Positions 1 to 14,697 of a stretch of 64,000 bases of DNA are shown here, in pieces. The stretch is from Octopus sinensis (taxonomy: Eukaryota), in NCBI RefSeq assembly GCF_006345805.1, contig NC_043006.1, forward strand, positions 81,344,001-81,408,000. The letters are read 5' to 3'. The notes beneath the pieces are model-generated. The model ran no database searches. It saw nothing but the letters and a program-made list of their open reading frames with translations, and had not been told where the DNA came from. Position 1 is the first letter of the stretch, and each line of letters starts with the position of its first letter. The position numbers were made by a program, and so were the translations under genes.

Positions 1-2123
1 ACTGATTTTAACCCACGCTGGTGGAAAGGGGAGAGCAGAAATTCTTCGCTTGCATTTTTGAGTTTGTTGACACTGTTAGTTACGAGCAGATCTTCAGAAG
101 CGAGAGGAAGCCGAAGGGTATGCTCCCACTTTCAGTGTTTTCAATCCAACCAGGGAGTTCTGAGCTGATGATAGAAATGTCGACTTTGACTAATCTTGAA
201 ACGTACGTTCTCAAATAACCTTTGCACTTGATTTTTTAATGTCTCTACCCCCATATTTGCGTGAGTTGAATTGAGCAAACACTATATGAGAGAGGTTTTC
301 TTTAAGTATTAGAAATAGTTTTAAAAAAGTTTTTTTAGCTGCTATTTCTAATGAGTTCAGTATGCGGCAAAGTAATTTATTTTACTAAGCCCTTTTATAT
401 AATATATATATATATATATATAAACGTATACACACACATAGAGAGAATGAGCGAGCGAGAGAGAGAGGGTTTGAGAGAAAATCTGAATCTGGTACACCGA
501 TATATAGTGAGAATGGCAGGGACAGATAGTCCGACATACATAGAAAAGGAAAGAACATCAGAGAAGGAGGAAGAGAGAAAGAGGAATAGAGAAAGAGAAA
601 GCGACTCTATAATTTTATTTTATAAAAGTGTTTGTGTATTCAATACACGTAATACCATATGTTTATCACTTCAAAACTTGAAATTTGACAATGAAATTAC
701 TCCAAGCATCTTCGGTGTAGTAATTATCGTGTCGAATCTCACTGGTAAATCTTCTCAAAATAGCCAGTTAAAATTTGTGAACGCTGAGAGCATACTGCAA
801 TGACGTCATCCAATGATCGTTGATAGCGTGACAGCTGCAACACTATAATTTTAAAAGTTCAAGATATCAACATGTGTGTCCAGAGTATATTTTTTATATG
901 GAAATAGTTGTTGTTGATGCTTTGTTGAATCCTGTATTACCGTTCATTGACCAGTACATTCTGGTATTAAATAATGGTTATACCTGCGTTTTCTTCCGTC
1001 CGTTTACTTTTCGTGTTCAAATACTGTCGAGGTGCACTTTGCCTTTCTTTCAATTGGGTTCGATAAAATATGGTATATGTCAAGTACTGAGGTCACAATA
1101 ATAATCTAACTCCCCTGGCGCTAAATACCTATATTAGGAACTGTCAATTTACTGAATTCAGTCATTGGACTGCGGTCATACCGTAGCTCAACTTTCAACA
1201 GTTTTAGTTGAAAGTTACAATCATCGTAATGATGAATAAATAATACCAAAACTTTTTCCCAATCTCCTGAGTAACATGTGTGTATGTGTGTGTGTGTGCG
1301 TGTGTGTACTTATGTATATACATATAAATATATGTATACACACACACACATACATACACACACATATGTAATGTATACGCCCGAAACGTAAAAGACGTTC
1401 CACTTTTCCCAAGCGTCAAACTACTATACTTGCTTGTTGTTCCTACATCTGGCCTCGTCTTTGTTTTTATATATATACATACATCCTGCTTCCCCCCTCT
1501 CTCTCACATGTTTTGGCCCTGTCTTTCTTTAAATCCCACTATTTCCCACTCGTTTATCTCCCCTGTAACTTTCTCTTTGTCTTTGATTTTTTCTAATCCT
1601 TCAATTCCGCAGCCCCCTACCCATCTCTCCTCCTTCCACGTGACCGGTGTCCGGCCAGCTATGATCTTTCTTTCTGGGCCTGACTGCCGACCGCCAACGC
1701 TTCTTACGTCCATCTCCTATGCTCTTGCTTTAGGCTTTCACTTCATACACGCCAGCCCAATCGAATTCATTGTCAGTCGAAAGGCATCTGTTGTTTTATT
1801 CTTGTGTGTATTCGTAAAAGTGTACCATGTTTTTCGTTTTTTGTCTTTTTTTGTGTACTATGTTCTCCGTTTTTTTCTTTGTTGCCGTACACATTCGGTA
1901 GCTTTCTTACAAAGGTGTCTAATGCTCTTAGCTTAGACTTTTGTTCGAACCGACTCAAGTGTAACTGCCCAAAATGGTCATGACTTCAGGTACTTGACTG
2001 AGGAAAGAAGGCCATGAATGACTCGTCTTTTTTTTTTGCCTGTCCTTCTAATTGTTGTTTCTCTCATCCGCTTTTATATCATCTATCTGCCCGAAAGTTT
2101 TTTGTCTTCTATTGCGTTTTTGT

Positions 2124-2127
<4 letters not shown>

Positions 2128-2194
<67 letters not shown>

Positions 2195-2204
2195 CTATCT
2201 ATAT

Positions 2205-2269
<65 letters not shown>

Positions 2270-2270
2270 A
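2128..2270. repeat. Compound microsatellite (CT)n(ATCT)n(AT)n
   Basis: Direct reading. Confidence 0.95.
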
Positions 2271-2357
2271 TATTAATTCGAGACAAAACCACTATTTTGC
2301 AAAACAAACAAATCTGATTTTTTCCCTGTAAATTTGGATTTATTCCCTAATATTTAT

Positions 2358-2393
<36 letters not shown>

Positions 2394-5300
2394 ATATTAT
2401 ATATATATATATACATGTATGTATATATACATATGCGTATATAGACATCCAAACACCCACATTTAGAGAGTCATTACAAATGAGCAGAACTTTAATGGTA
2501 AAAGATAAGCGAAATAATTTAATATATTTTAAAGCATATTTAATTTTCTCATTGTTCATTTTCCACATGTCTATCGGCACGAAGTTTACAAATCGTGATG
2601 TAATATGGCTGTTGATTTTCAGTTATATCTCGAATCTCATTATTTATGCAATTCCGCGAGCCGTTTATACGACGCAGTCGCCATAAAAACACAATTGAAC
2701 TATTATTTCACTTTTATATTTTGATAAACAATTATAATAAATGTGCTGTTTCTTGAAATAATTAACGTTAGTAATTTAACGCACAGTCATAATTTCCACA
2801 AATGAAAACGGTAACTTGTTTACCCTGATAAAGCTGAACATATCACAAGCAATATAAATAACTAAATATTATAGTGAATGGCCAGAAAGTTCTTCGACTT
2901 CAATATTGAACCCGTTACTGTTTATTATAATTTCATAACATCGAGTTATAACAAGCAGTTATAACAGTTTATCATATTATGAAACTATGATAGCAACAAG
3001 TTATTTTCATGTGTTATTGCGTTTTGGTAGCATCACATGTTACATATTTTTTGAAACAGACTGTTACAAACTTATAACTTGTTCTCTCTAATATTAAATA
3101 TTGTGTACGTCTCCGGTGGTCCATTAATATCTTGGTCATTGATAATCTGTCTACTCCACAATATCACTGTGTGCCTGATTACTCATGATATATTCTGTCT
3201 GACAATATTTAGTGGAAGCATTGACTGCGTATGATATAACACAAATATTACAATGTAAGTATTATCATTCCTCAGTAACATTGCTACTTAGTTCTGAAAT
3301 CACAGATTTAATGCAGAATCCGTTTATACAATGTAACCGTTTAAGCTGCAATCTGAAATGTGAAACTCGTTTTTCACACACAAGGCTTTCAACGCTGTAT
3401 TCGTTATTCTCAATGGCTAAATGCTAGAACACGAAGTAGTAGTATTTGTCGTAATGGATACTTTAGAAGTCTATAAATTCAGAAAGAACATAGTAGTAAT
3501 TCAGGTAGGGAGGGAGGAAGATTTCAAAGTAAAAAGTGTTATTTAATTCCACGAGCCAGCCTTACATAAGTAGATGTAAGATAACAAAAACAAAATAAGC
3601 AAGAAACGTTGTACGGCTGATGTATATTGAACATAAGATAAGAAGAAGGGTATTATAAAATAAACATAACTAGAAGGATAATGTATTTGATGGTAGGTAA
3701 GAAATACAGTAACAAAATAAAGTATTGAGAGTGAAAAAACATGGATGTATGTTGCTAGATGGGTTGTTTGAACATATTTGTTTTGTTGTTTGGTTTGGTT
3801 TATTTTCCGTTCTTGACATTGCATCAGCTGTTGATTTATTTCATCAGCATTTGGTAAACACATGGAGACTTCCTTAACATGGAGACTTCCTTGCTTTTTA
3901 AATGCAAATTGTTCACACCGTGTACGAGTATATTCGAGTGTTGCTTGTCCCTAAGAGTGTTCGTGTATACGTATGCATTTGTAATTTGTGTTTTTTTATA
4001 CAAATATCCAGTAAAGTAACGAGCTGGTGTTTCTTCTTTTAGGGCTAACATTAAATCTTGGAGTATCATTGCATTTTGCGTCGACAGCCTACACAGAGAG
4101 ACATTTTAGTGACTGAGCAAAATCTACATACTCAATGAAATGGAATACCTCTTCATACGAAAGAACCTCTAGATGGTCATATATGTACTTTGTCGGGGGG
4201 AAAATATGGGATGGTCATTGTTGGAATGACTTTTATTATAGTCGATCATCAGTGATTTCGGATTAAACAACAACAATTAACTTATGTTAATGTCAAGTAA
4301 GAACTCTATGTGATGTACTGAAAATTTTGATCATTTTCTGCTTTTATTCAAGAGTGTGTTGTGTAACCTAGTTGATAGTGTTTTAGCATCATGATCATAA
4401 GGTCATGAGTTCATTCCTGGTCCCGGTGGTGCGTCTTGTCTTTCAGTATAGCACTTCCTTTCACGTTGCTCCAGTCTAGCCGGAATAGATTAATTGCTGC
4501 GTGCGGGTGGACTCCTGTCTTCTCCGCAGCTGTCACACTCTCGATGAACCTTTCGGTCAACGATGGGATTGTCAAGTGGGAGTCTATTTGTTCGCTACTG
4601 TATGAATACCTAAAGTAATTAGCATAACAATAGAACTTGCTACCAAGTTACAGTCGCTTGTAAGTCACAGCTATGCTGCTTTATTCTAGCTTCCACGTGG
4701 ATAAGAAAAGATTTGAGCCGCTGGATTAACTCTATATTTTAAAAATGTAAAACCGTAATTTGTAAGAGGAAGTTATTTTTAATAAATCAAATAAGCATAT
4801 GGCTGGTACTCTATTACAGAAGTCTAAAATGTTAAGTCGCCTTGAAGGAAATAAAAGTCTGCATTAATTTCGCTATCTAAATTTGCTGCTGATCTAGTTA
4901 CTTTTATAGTCACCCTGGTAGCGTTACAATTGCAGACATGAAGATATAGTACTTTCAGATTTAGATAAGATCTTAACAGGGAAACTCAGATAATTATGTC
5001 TGATATTCTACAACTGTTTCTAACAGTTCCATCTATATGGCAATACAATCTCCATAGTTGACAGTTATATAACATAACCTAAGTTAGAAATATATCATAA
5101 CAAAAGCAACGTTACATATTGGCAGTGGCTAAATGTAAAGATTGATATAATTATCCTGGGAAATTAATCGGCTTTATCTTCAACCCGTAGCAAGCGTCGA
5201 TTAATTTTCTTCATAATTAGAAAGTTGAAAGAGCTTTTCTCTGGTGAATATAATGACAAAAAGGAAGTAAACTGATTAAAAATATTCATAAATGTTAACT

Positions 5301-5764
5301 TCTTACTCAAATAAATAACTGAGCTAAGGTTAACAAGGTCTTCTGCAGATATTGCAATTACTATTATTCGCATATAACCCTTTGGGAGACAGATATATTC
5401 CCAAGCCTTTAAATAGGACAGATTAACATTTTCTTAATATCGTCATACTAATCATTTACGAACAATGAAAATGAATAATATTGATTAAACCATTTTAAGC
5501 GATGTCTTTCTATAATGAAACGTTAATATTTCGGTGCTGCTTAACTTAATCTAAAAACGAATTGTTCTTGGCAATTCTGGATGTCGATATAGACAAAAGA
5601 TGCAATTTAATAGCGTATAGCTCTAAACAATGAGACGAAATTGAAAGAATATAGACAGGCCAAAGGTTGCAATTCATATTTAATTATCTTTTTCTTCATA
5701 TCATTCCGTGTCAAACCATATACATGAGGCATATATATGCATACATACATACACACACATATAT

Positions 5765-6522
5765 ATATATATATATATATTAAAGAGAGAGAGAGAGAGA
5801 GAGGGGGGAGAGAGAGAGGTATGTGTGTGTGTTTGTGTGTGTGTGCGTGTGTGTGTGCATGTGTGTCTGTGTGTGTGTGTCTGTGTGTGTGTCTGTGTAT
5901 CTGGAGTTAGAGATTGAAGGCGCTTTCAGCTGGTGCTCTTACGAAACGCACAAACATCTTAAACTACATCAACAAGATGAAGTTGCTCGCACAACCTCTG
6001 ATCTGAAGATATATACTGTGGGGTCATTTTGAACCCTAAAACAATAGGCTTTCCTCCTCGGAGCTGACTCGCCAACTCATACGTCGCTCTTCCGTTTACT
6101 GTCTATAATATGCCTCTATCGAACAGGCTATGTACTTATTGTCACATTCATTCCTTCCTCCGCAAAATATCACCTTCTAGAATTCCCTCCTCACTTTTGT
6201 TTTTTCTGTAGCCAAGAACTTGCAGCTATTCCGGTAGAACGTCATCAGTCGCGTTAAGGCCATCTGGCAAGTGGGCCTGACTTAACTCTAGCCCAGGTCT
6301 AGCCTTGTGACTAAATCATTAACACAAAGCAGTCACTAATGCACTCAAAAATCCACAATTATTAGCCTATATCTTCTTCTTTATACTTTATATATTAGTG
6401 ACGTAGTACCCAAATAGGAAACCATTGCTCACTACAAGACTGTGATACTGGATATCCCTAACAAGGATCAAGTATAGGGAAAGTTATTAGGTTTGCGCAT
6501 TCATAGTATTTCCATGAAATAC

Positions 6523-6553
<31 letters not shown>

Positions 6554-7294
6554 TAAAGAGAGAGAGAGAGAGAGAGGGGGGAGAGAGAGAGGTATGTGTG
6601 TGTGTTTGTGTGTGTGTGCGTGTGTGTGTGCATGTGTGTCTGTGTGTGTGTGTCTGTGTGTGTGTCTGTGTATCTGGAGTTAGAGATTGAAGGCGCTTTC
6701 AGCTGGTGCTCTTACGAAACGCACAAACATCTTAAACTACATCAACAAGATGAAGTTGCTCGCACAACCTCTGATCTGAAGATATATACTGTGGGGTCAT
6801 TTTGAACCCTAAAACAATAGGCTTTCCTCCTCGGAGCTGACTCGCCAACTCATACGTCGCTCTTCCGTTTACTGTCTATAATATGCCTCTATCGAACAGG
6901 CTATGTACTTATTGTCACATTCATTCCTTCCTCCGCAAAATATCACCTTCTAGAATTCCCTCCTCACTTTTGTTTTTTCTGTAGCCAAGAACTTGCAGCT
7001 ATTCCGGTAGAACGTCATCAGTCGCGTTAAGGCCATCTGGCAAGTGGGCCTGACTTAACTCTAGCCCAGGTCTAGCCTTGTGACTAAATCATTAACACAA
7101 AGCAGTCACTAATGCACTCAAAAATCCACAATTATTAGCCTATATCTCTTCTTTATACTTTATATATTAGTGACGTAGTACCCAAATAGGAAACCATTGC
7201 TCACTACAAGACTGTGATACTGGATATCCCTAACAAGGATCAAGTATAGGGAAAGTTATTAGGTTTGCGCATTCATAGTATTTCCATGAAATAC

Positions 7295-7310
<16 letters not shown>
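5765..7310. repeat. Tandem duplication, two 773-bp units, breakpoints in (TA)n
   Basis: 5781 onward equals 6554 onward; only a 1-nt difference was noticed. Confidence 0.92.
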
Positions 7311-7327
<17 letters not shown>

Positions 7328-8954
7328 GCGTATGTATATATGTATGTATGCATGTAATGGATGGATGGATGGATGGATGGATTGCGGTATATATATGTAT
7401 GTATTTTGTAAGAGATTGGTTACATATAACCAAGGCAAGGTGTAGACTACGTATATATATATATATATATATATATAAATATATCCTCTGCTGCAACTGT
7501 TCGGAAATTCATGACTCCTCAGGTGATAAGTGAGGCCATGTAATGAAAAGACAATCGATAATGGGAGATATTGTCAAGTTGCTGTTATTTACAACCTTAT
7601 CAAATTCTACGTATGTCACACGCAAATAGAGCCATTGGCAGCTAAAAAATCATGTAATAAAAACGGAAGGATATTTTCTAACGAAAGGTATCATTGTTCT
7701 TACGATAAACATGAGTTGACTTATTCAGAATAATGGAATTCACAGTAAGTCAATTATCGGTCATAAATTCAATAATTATATTAACTAAATATCTGAGGTG
7801 TATGAATATGCTGGGAAGCTTTGACTTGTATTTATTTAGAGTTGTCATCTCTCATAATTCAAGATACCGTAACAATGATAGGCTATTAAGACTTCTAATT
7901 GCTCGTAGGTTACAGTAGCTACAAAAGCACTCAGGTGACTTTGCCTTTGCAACGATACTGAAATTCATTGTAGGATTGTTTCCCCCATGTCTTCTAAATG
8001 AACTAATTGTATTTTTAAAGTAAATAGAGTTGCTCTGACTTTGGTGTGTGAACGAATAGGAGTGCTGTATGTAATTGGTTTTAAATGTGTTCTCACTTAA
8101 TCCAACTTGCCTTTACCGTGTCGTCTACTTATATCCAATTTGTCTCTTTATTTTTCATCGCAACAAAATCTTTTCTTCAGAGAGCAGCCAGTTATATGCC
8201 TTCAATTAAAGAGATTTGTAAAGTGCATATCGATTTTGGTTTGTGTTTAGAGAACTTCGAGTTTATAGTCACCCTACAGCGGTAAGAAATAAAAAAAGAA
8301 TTTTAGAAAATTTGTGGATAATTTGTGAAGTCAAGTGCAGACTGGTCAGTGTTAAGAATATGATTGCAATATTTATGGATTTATTTATGTTACGAGAATG
8401 AAAAAAATTTTCTTTTTTTTAGGTTTACTCATATTTTATGTAGATTTCACTAAGCATTCCAAATTATCGATAAACCGTCTTCTCGGTAGAATTACACACT
8501 TCATTAATATTTGTCTGTCTGGTGATAAGAAAATACACATCTATTAATATCAACTGTCACATGCTGTAAATCATAACTGGTTGATTGAAGTTCGAGTATC
8601 GGCTAATCCCTGGCTTTACTGCAGAAGTTAATATTTGTTTGTGTATAAATTTAATCTGGGAAATTTCCAATACGTAGTTATATTTGTAATAAGTATTGAG
8701 TCCAATACTTTTACATAAACACACATATGTGCAGGCACATAAGCATGCACACACACACGTACCTATGTGTGTGTGTGTGTGTGAGTCAGTGCGTGCGTGC
8801 GTGTGTGTGTTTAGGCTCTGAACACACGGTTTGTGCTTGATGATTCCTTGAAGACAAGGCACATTATAAAAACCTGTCTCGCTACTTTGTCCTAATGGCA
8901 AGAAACTATTAGTATTTCTTATTCCAATACAGTGTACATTAAATGATATTTATG

Positions 8955-9248
8955 AAAGGTGCGTGGCTTAATGGTTAGGGTATTTGGCTGGCGATTGTAA
9001 GTTTGTAAGTTCAATTCCCGGCGAAGCGTTTTTTCCTTGAGCAAGATTTCAGCTGAAAAAATGAGTAGTATCTGTATTTCGAAGGACCAGCCTTGTAACA
9101 CACTATGTTATTCAAAATCTCCTTGAGAATCACGTTAAGTGTACACGTATCTTTGGCGATCTCAGCCATTTGCACGTTTATTTCACGAGCAGGCTCTTCT
9201 GTTGACCTGATCAACTGCAACCCTCGTTGCTGTAACCGACCGAGTGCC
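8955..9248 (+). mobile_element. SINE family B
   Basis: GGTGCGTGGCTTAATGGTTAGGG...GTTCAATTCCCGG head; body matches 34964-35292. Confidence 0.75.
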
Positions 9249-11210
9249 ATTTAAATGATATAATTCTCTCACTATATGGAGTAATTTTTTGTTTTATTTT
9301 ACCTTAAGAAAACAGTAAACTATACATGTAGATATATAATCCAAATATGAAGACAAAGAAAGAGATCGCTTCACAACCGGTGCTGGTGTGTTTACGTACC
9401 CGCAACTTGGAGGTTCGAGAAAAAAATCTATAGAATATATACTAGACTTTAACATATGTCCTGGTGTCGAACTGTTCGACAAAATCACTTCACGGCAGTG
9501 CTCCAGCATGACTGCATTCAAATGACTGAAAGAAATGAAAGAATAAAAGGAAAATACTATATATACACATGGATATACGTCTGTCTGTCTGTATGTATGT
9601 TTGTATGTATGTATGTACACAAACACACACATACGCACCCATATATATATATATACACATGCATATATACAATATATATGTATATATATACACTCACATA
9701 CATATATTTATGTTCCTATGTATGCACCTATGTAACCATATTTTTTGAAAATAATCAAAACCGTACTGAGTATACGATGCAGAGTCTACATCAGCCAACG
9801 TTACTTACGTAAGTGGCGAGAAGCTTTACAGATCAGTTGGTTATAGTATGAAATAGGAATTGATACCTAATAACTTCTAATTGTGTGTATTTGCATATGT
9901 TGATATAAATACGTATATCCGTGTAGTAGGGTTATTCGCTTATGTTCGAATTTCTGCGTGATTTGTTCATACATATATGCGTGTATGTATGTATGTATGT
10001 ACGCGTGTGTGTGGTGTAATGTGGTTTGGTTTAATTTATGTGTGTGTATATGTGTGTGTTTGCTCGCGTGTCTGAGTGTGTATGTAGCCAGAACATAGTA
10101 CCACCCAATGCACAAATATAACGTTGTCGTATATTTTGATAAGCGACATTTCTATTGTCCGGCCAACAAATAAATTCAAACAGTGCTAGAAGTAAAAATA
10201 TCCCGAGATACATACACTCATAATAAAATCTTTGTCTTTCTCTCTCTGCCAGCCTCTCCCTCCTCCTCTCTCTCTCCCACCCTCTCTCTCTCTTTCTCTC
10301 GCCATCTTAGACTTCTTAATGCTCTTGATTAGAAAGTTATACTTGTTTCTTTTGTGTAATACAAGTAACTGTCTCGATTAGATTTGCTTTGATATTTATA
10401 AACCAAACTATTCTAACACATTTCATTGCAGCGAACCTAACACCTTATTTTTAATAGCGGGCTTGGACATGTGTTTGGATATAATCCAGATAAAATCTGG
10501 GCGTAATTTCATTATACAACTGGTAAATACACCATTCTGAAAATTCCAACAATCTTCTCTGTCTGAAAATAACTAACTCGATTTAGCAAATTTATTTTAA
10601 AATAAGACTAACGTATGCAATCAACTAGAGATAATCTATATTCTGAGTTTTATTAAATACCGAACATATTTTTGGTTAACTTACCTAATTTTCATGATTG
10701 TTCTTAGTTTCAGATAAATGAGTTGCAGAAACTGTTTTAAACTTTACGATAGTTAATTTGTTCTGTGTCCGATATCTCTGTTTCTTATTTAGCCTACAGG
10801 TCATTGCTCCTCGAGCGGGTATATGTTCAAAATAAGATCTAACGATGACCTAATCGTCTTTTTTTCTTTTTAGGAATACTATGCTTTACACAGCAGTTTC
10901 TAATGTTTCTCTTCCATCTCATAAAGGCAGTAGTGTATGATGTAGGAGAGATTTGACTGTTGTTTTTAGCATATAGAACGATTATGATGATGCTCCCTCC
11001 ATTGATTTACAACTCCAAATATTGTTGCTGTTTTGTCTTGCCTGTTTAAATCAAAGTCAACCGTGATCCAGTAGACCTATGATGAAAGATGTTCCTGTCG
11101 TGACCATCCTGCCTTCTTATCATTATATATCAAAGCGTGCTCTGTCAGATATATTCGTCTATATATAAGTTGGTGGATGTGATTTGAGAGGGTTTGGACC
11201 TGTTATCGTG

Positions 11211-11540
11211 AAGGCACATGGCGCAGAGGTTAGGGCGTCGGGCTCAAAATGATGAGGTAGTGAGTTCGATTCCCGGACCGGGATCTGAGTTGTGTTTTTG
11301 AGCAAGACGCTTTATTTCACGTTACTCCAATTCACTCAGTTGTAGAAATGAGTTGCAATATTACTAGTGCCAAGCTGTATTGGCCTTTACCTTTCCTTTG
11401 GATAACATCAGTGGCGTGGAGAGGGGAGACATGTATGCATGGACGACTGCTGGTCTTCCATAAACAACCTTGCCCGGACTTCTGCCTCGGAGGGTAACCT
11501 TTTAGGTGCAGTCCCATAGTCATTCATGACCGAAGGTCAG
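11211..11540 (+). mobile_element. tRNA-derived SINE (family B-related)
   Basis: GGCACATGGCGCAGAGGTTAGGG...GAGTTCGATTCCCGG; homologous to 40368-40660. Confidence 0.75.
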
Positions 11541-12103
11541 TTATCCCTAGCAGACCAAGCGACTGAGTAGAATCTTTCTCATTGACGTTTGTTCCCTATT
11601 TTCTTTTTACATATAATGTTAAATCTTTATTTTGTAATGCATTTTAAAGCAAAAAACGTTTTTTGACCTTTCTTCATACGTCGTTGATCAGCCTATTGAA
11701 ATTAATGTACTTTCATTTTGCTGCACCACTGGCTATTTTTATGTATTCCTTGAAATGGCGGTGTTGCTTACCACATGCCTTCTCAAGTACAGTTAGCTGA
11801 AATGGAATTGTCGGAGATATCACTAAAGTGCGACACTTATAAAATGGCTGAACCACCGGAAAGTCATTGTGAATGGTAAAAACATTCCACAAAAAAGCAA
11901 AAGCAAAAAAAGCTGAAAATTCCTTGCTTTACCGTGTGAGTTAGAAGTCCAGTCAACGAAGCCCGATTTCGTTTCTATAAGCTTAAGCCCATATGTTACA
12001 TTTAAAATAGAATGACAAGTGACACTAAAATATGAATGATATAATATTCTTACAAAAATTACATTTATCAAATAATGTTTTAGAATATTAATTTACGAAT
12101 ACA

Positions 12104-12320
12104 AGGCGGCGAGCAAACAGAATCGTCAGCACGCCGAGCAAAATGCTTAGCGACATTTCGTACCATCTTTACGTTCTGAGTACGACTTTGCTGAGTTCGA
12201 CTTTGCTTTTCATCCTTTCAGTGTCGATAAAATAAGTACCAGTTGAGGACTGGAGTCGATATAAGCACCTTACACCATTGCCCGAACTTACTGGCCTTGT
12301 CTCAAAATTCCGCGAACTAT
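12104..12320 (+). mobile_element. SINE family C
   Basis: AAGGCGGCGAGC...CGACTTTGCTTTTCATCCTTTC...GTCGATAAAATAAGTACCAGTTGAG. Confidence 0.7.
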
Positions 12321-13487
12321 CAGCATAGTTATATTGCAATATGTTTTCAATTTCCTGTAGAAATCATTTCAGTATCTCAGGCCAAAGCATTGGAAATACT
12401 ATATATATATATATATATATATATATCTTATTATAAAAGGCAGATTTTATCTGCCTCCCTTTGTAAGTTATAGAAATCTACAATATAGGATTTCTTCAAT
12501 TACAATTTACCTAGCATTTTTAAGAGTAGAAGCATCGGGTCATGCCAGGTCCGGTTTTAAAATTTCAACCCCAATTAAGCAAAATTTAGAGAAAACTCAC
12601 ATTCTGGTGTATATGTCAAATGTTTTCTTAATGTGGGATACACCACACGCAAACGCACACACACACAAAGGGAGCGACTGTTTCACTGACGCTATCACCC
12701 TTCTCCTCCTTTGTCTTTGCAAGTTTGCAGCTATTAAAGTGAAAACAGTGAATCCGACAGCGATTAAGAAAATGAATTGGTACCTGAATGGAGTGAAAAT
12801 TTAAAAACTGTTTCTTTCGGTGATTTTTCTGAAGAAACTGCACCAAGCCACAGACTTTCCCAGAAGAGTATAAAGCCTTAAACTATTTCTTTTTACTTTT
12901 TCGAATGAGCCTATTTGAAATCATTACGCTAAACGTAAACAAAGCGAAAGAAAGGATAGTTTGTTATTTCCCACAACCTTAAATAAAATTAAGGCCTATT
13001 TTGCCATAAATATTATTATGGGTATCAGAAAGTTACCCAGAATAACAAATTCTATCGTAAATTTTGTTGTATACCCAATTGAATATTAGCTAATAACCCA
13101 TTTTCTATAGCGATTGTTTGAACAAAATTTTAATAATTTTATATATTGTTGAATTTACTGTATCTACCTGCAATTAGAGTCACTTTGTGACAAAAATTAT
13201 AGTATAGAATTGGTTGAGAACATTTCACTAATTATCTTCCAAAAATCAGATTAATATATTCATAAATAAAAAAGTTATAGTTGTTTAATGAAACCAGACT
13301 AAATTTATGATTACGTTAGAAATTAATTGAAACACATAAGGGGTGTATTTGGTCAGAAATATAGTAACGAAAGGGTTAAGAAAAACCAAAAAATATTTTA
13401 TTCTTTATAAATGTTGTATTCAAAATAACATTTTCTTTTAAGAATGTGTATATAACAAAGTATGTGTATATAACTACGTGACTTATA

Positions 13488-13880
13488 TCTTTATATATAA
13501 GAGTGAAGTTGTGTGTCTGTCTCCTACGATTTAGATTCCTAACTACTCCACATATTTGCGGTGCAGTGTAACCAAAACGGGTATCTTATAGTCGTGAGTC
13601 ATATCGAGCCCTTCTGGGTATTAGCGCCGTCTACGATGAGTCTACGATTTAAAAAAATTTACCATCATATTTTTCCATTTTAATGCATTATTTCGCTATT
13701 ATATAAGGGAAGTAACTCTCTAAAAATATCTACGATGTGTCAACGATTTAAAAAGAAATTTACCTTAATTTTGTTTCCATTTTTAATGCATTTTTTCCTA
13801 TTTTTTGGCTATAACTCTCTAAAAATGCTTATATAGTTATTTCCCTTACAAACCCGAGCAACGCCGGACGATACTGCTAG
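13488..13880 (+). mobile_element. Non-autonomous Helitron
   Basis: A|TC 5' end (TCTTTATATATAA), subterminal hairpin CCCGAGCAACGCCGG, CTAG|T 3' end; homologous to 61993-62353. Confidence 0.8.
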
Positions 13881-13894
13881 TATATATATAATAT

Positions 13895-14092
13895 AATTCA
13901 ATAATTATATCAACTAAATATCTGAGGTGTATGAATATGCTGGGAAGCTTTGACTTGTATTTATTTAGAGTTGTCATCTCTCATAATTCAAGATACTGTA
14001 ACAATGATAGGCTATTAAGACTTCTAATTGCTCATAGGTTACAGTAGCTACAAAAGCACTCAGGTGACTTTGCCTTTGCAACGATACTGAAA

Positions 14093-14093
<1 letters not shown>
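13895..14093 (+). repeat. 199-bp copy of 7766-7964
   Basis: Three mismatches; offset 6129; (TA)n both sides. Confidence 0.92.
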
Positions 14094-14128
<35 letters not shown>

Positions 14129-14503
14129 ATAAACATACGTTCACATGTACGCACACACACACACACACACAGATGTCTACACACTTACCTAAATACTCAC
14201 ATACATACATAAGTACATACATACATACATACATACGTACGTACGTACGAACTTACGTATATATCATACATGCTACTTTCTCAGGTGCAGCACGCAATTT
14301 TGTCAGTGAACAGGTCGCGGTCTCAAAGTGACGAAAATATTTTGGGAAATTAAATAATTAAATTTAAATGTTGAAGTGAATGTAACGGTTTTTGTGTGTT
14401 TTAAATGGCATATAAACACCTTCCGTGTTGCAATTGTTATATATATGTAGTATAATTATGTATATATATACACATATATACACACACACACACACACCAC
14501 ACA

Positions 14504-14545
<42 letters not shown>

Positions 14546-14656
14546 ATATATATTATATATATAGATTATATATATGTATATAATGTATACATCCATATAT
14601 ATATATATATACATATATATATAATCTATATATATACATATGTATATATATATATA

Positions 14657-14690
<34 letters not shown>

Positions 14691-14697
<7 letters not shown>

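Noticed and set aside
21-218. 65-aa ORF or possible exon at window start
   Set aside because: No recognisable domain; other frames have stops; splice signals ambiguous.
12424-12600. Additional Helitron starting TCTTATTATAAAAG
   Set aside because: 5' end plausible but no hairpin/CTAG 3' end could be assigned.
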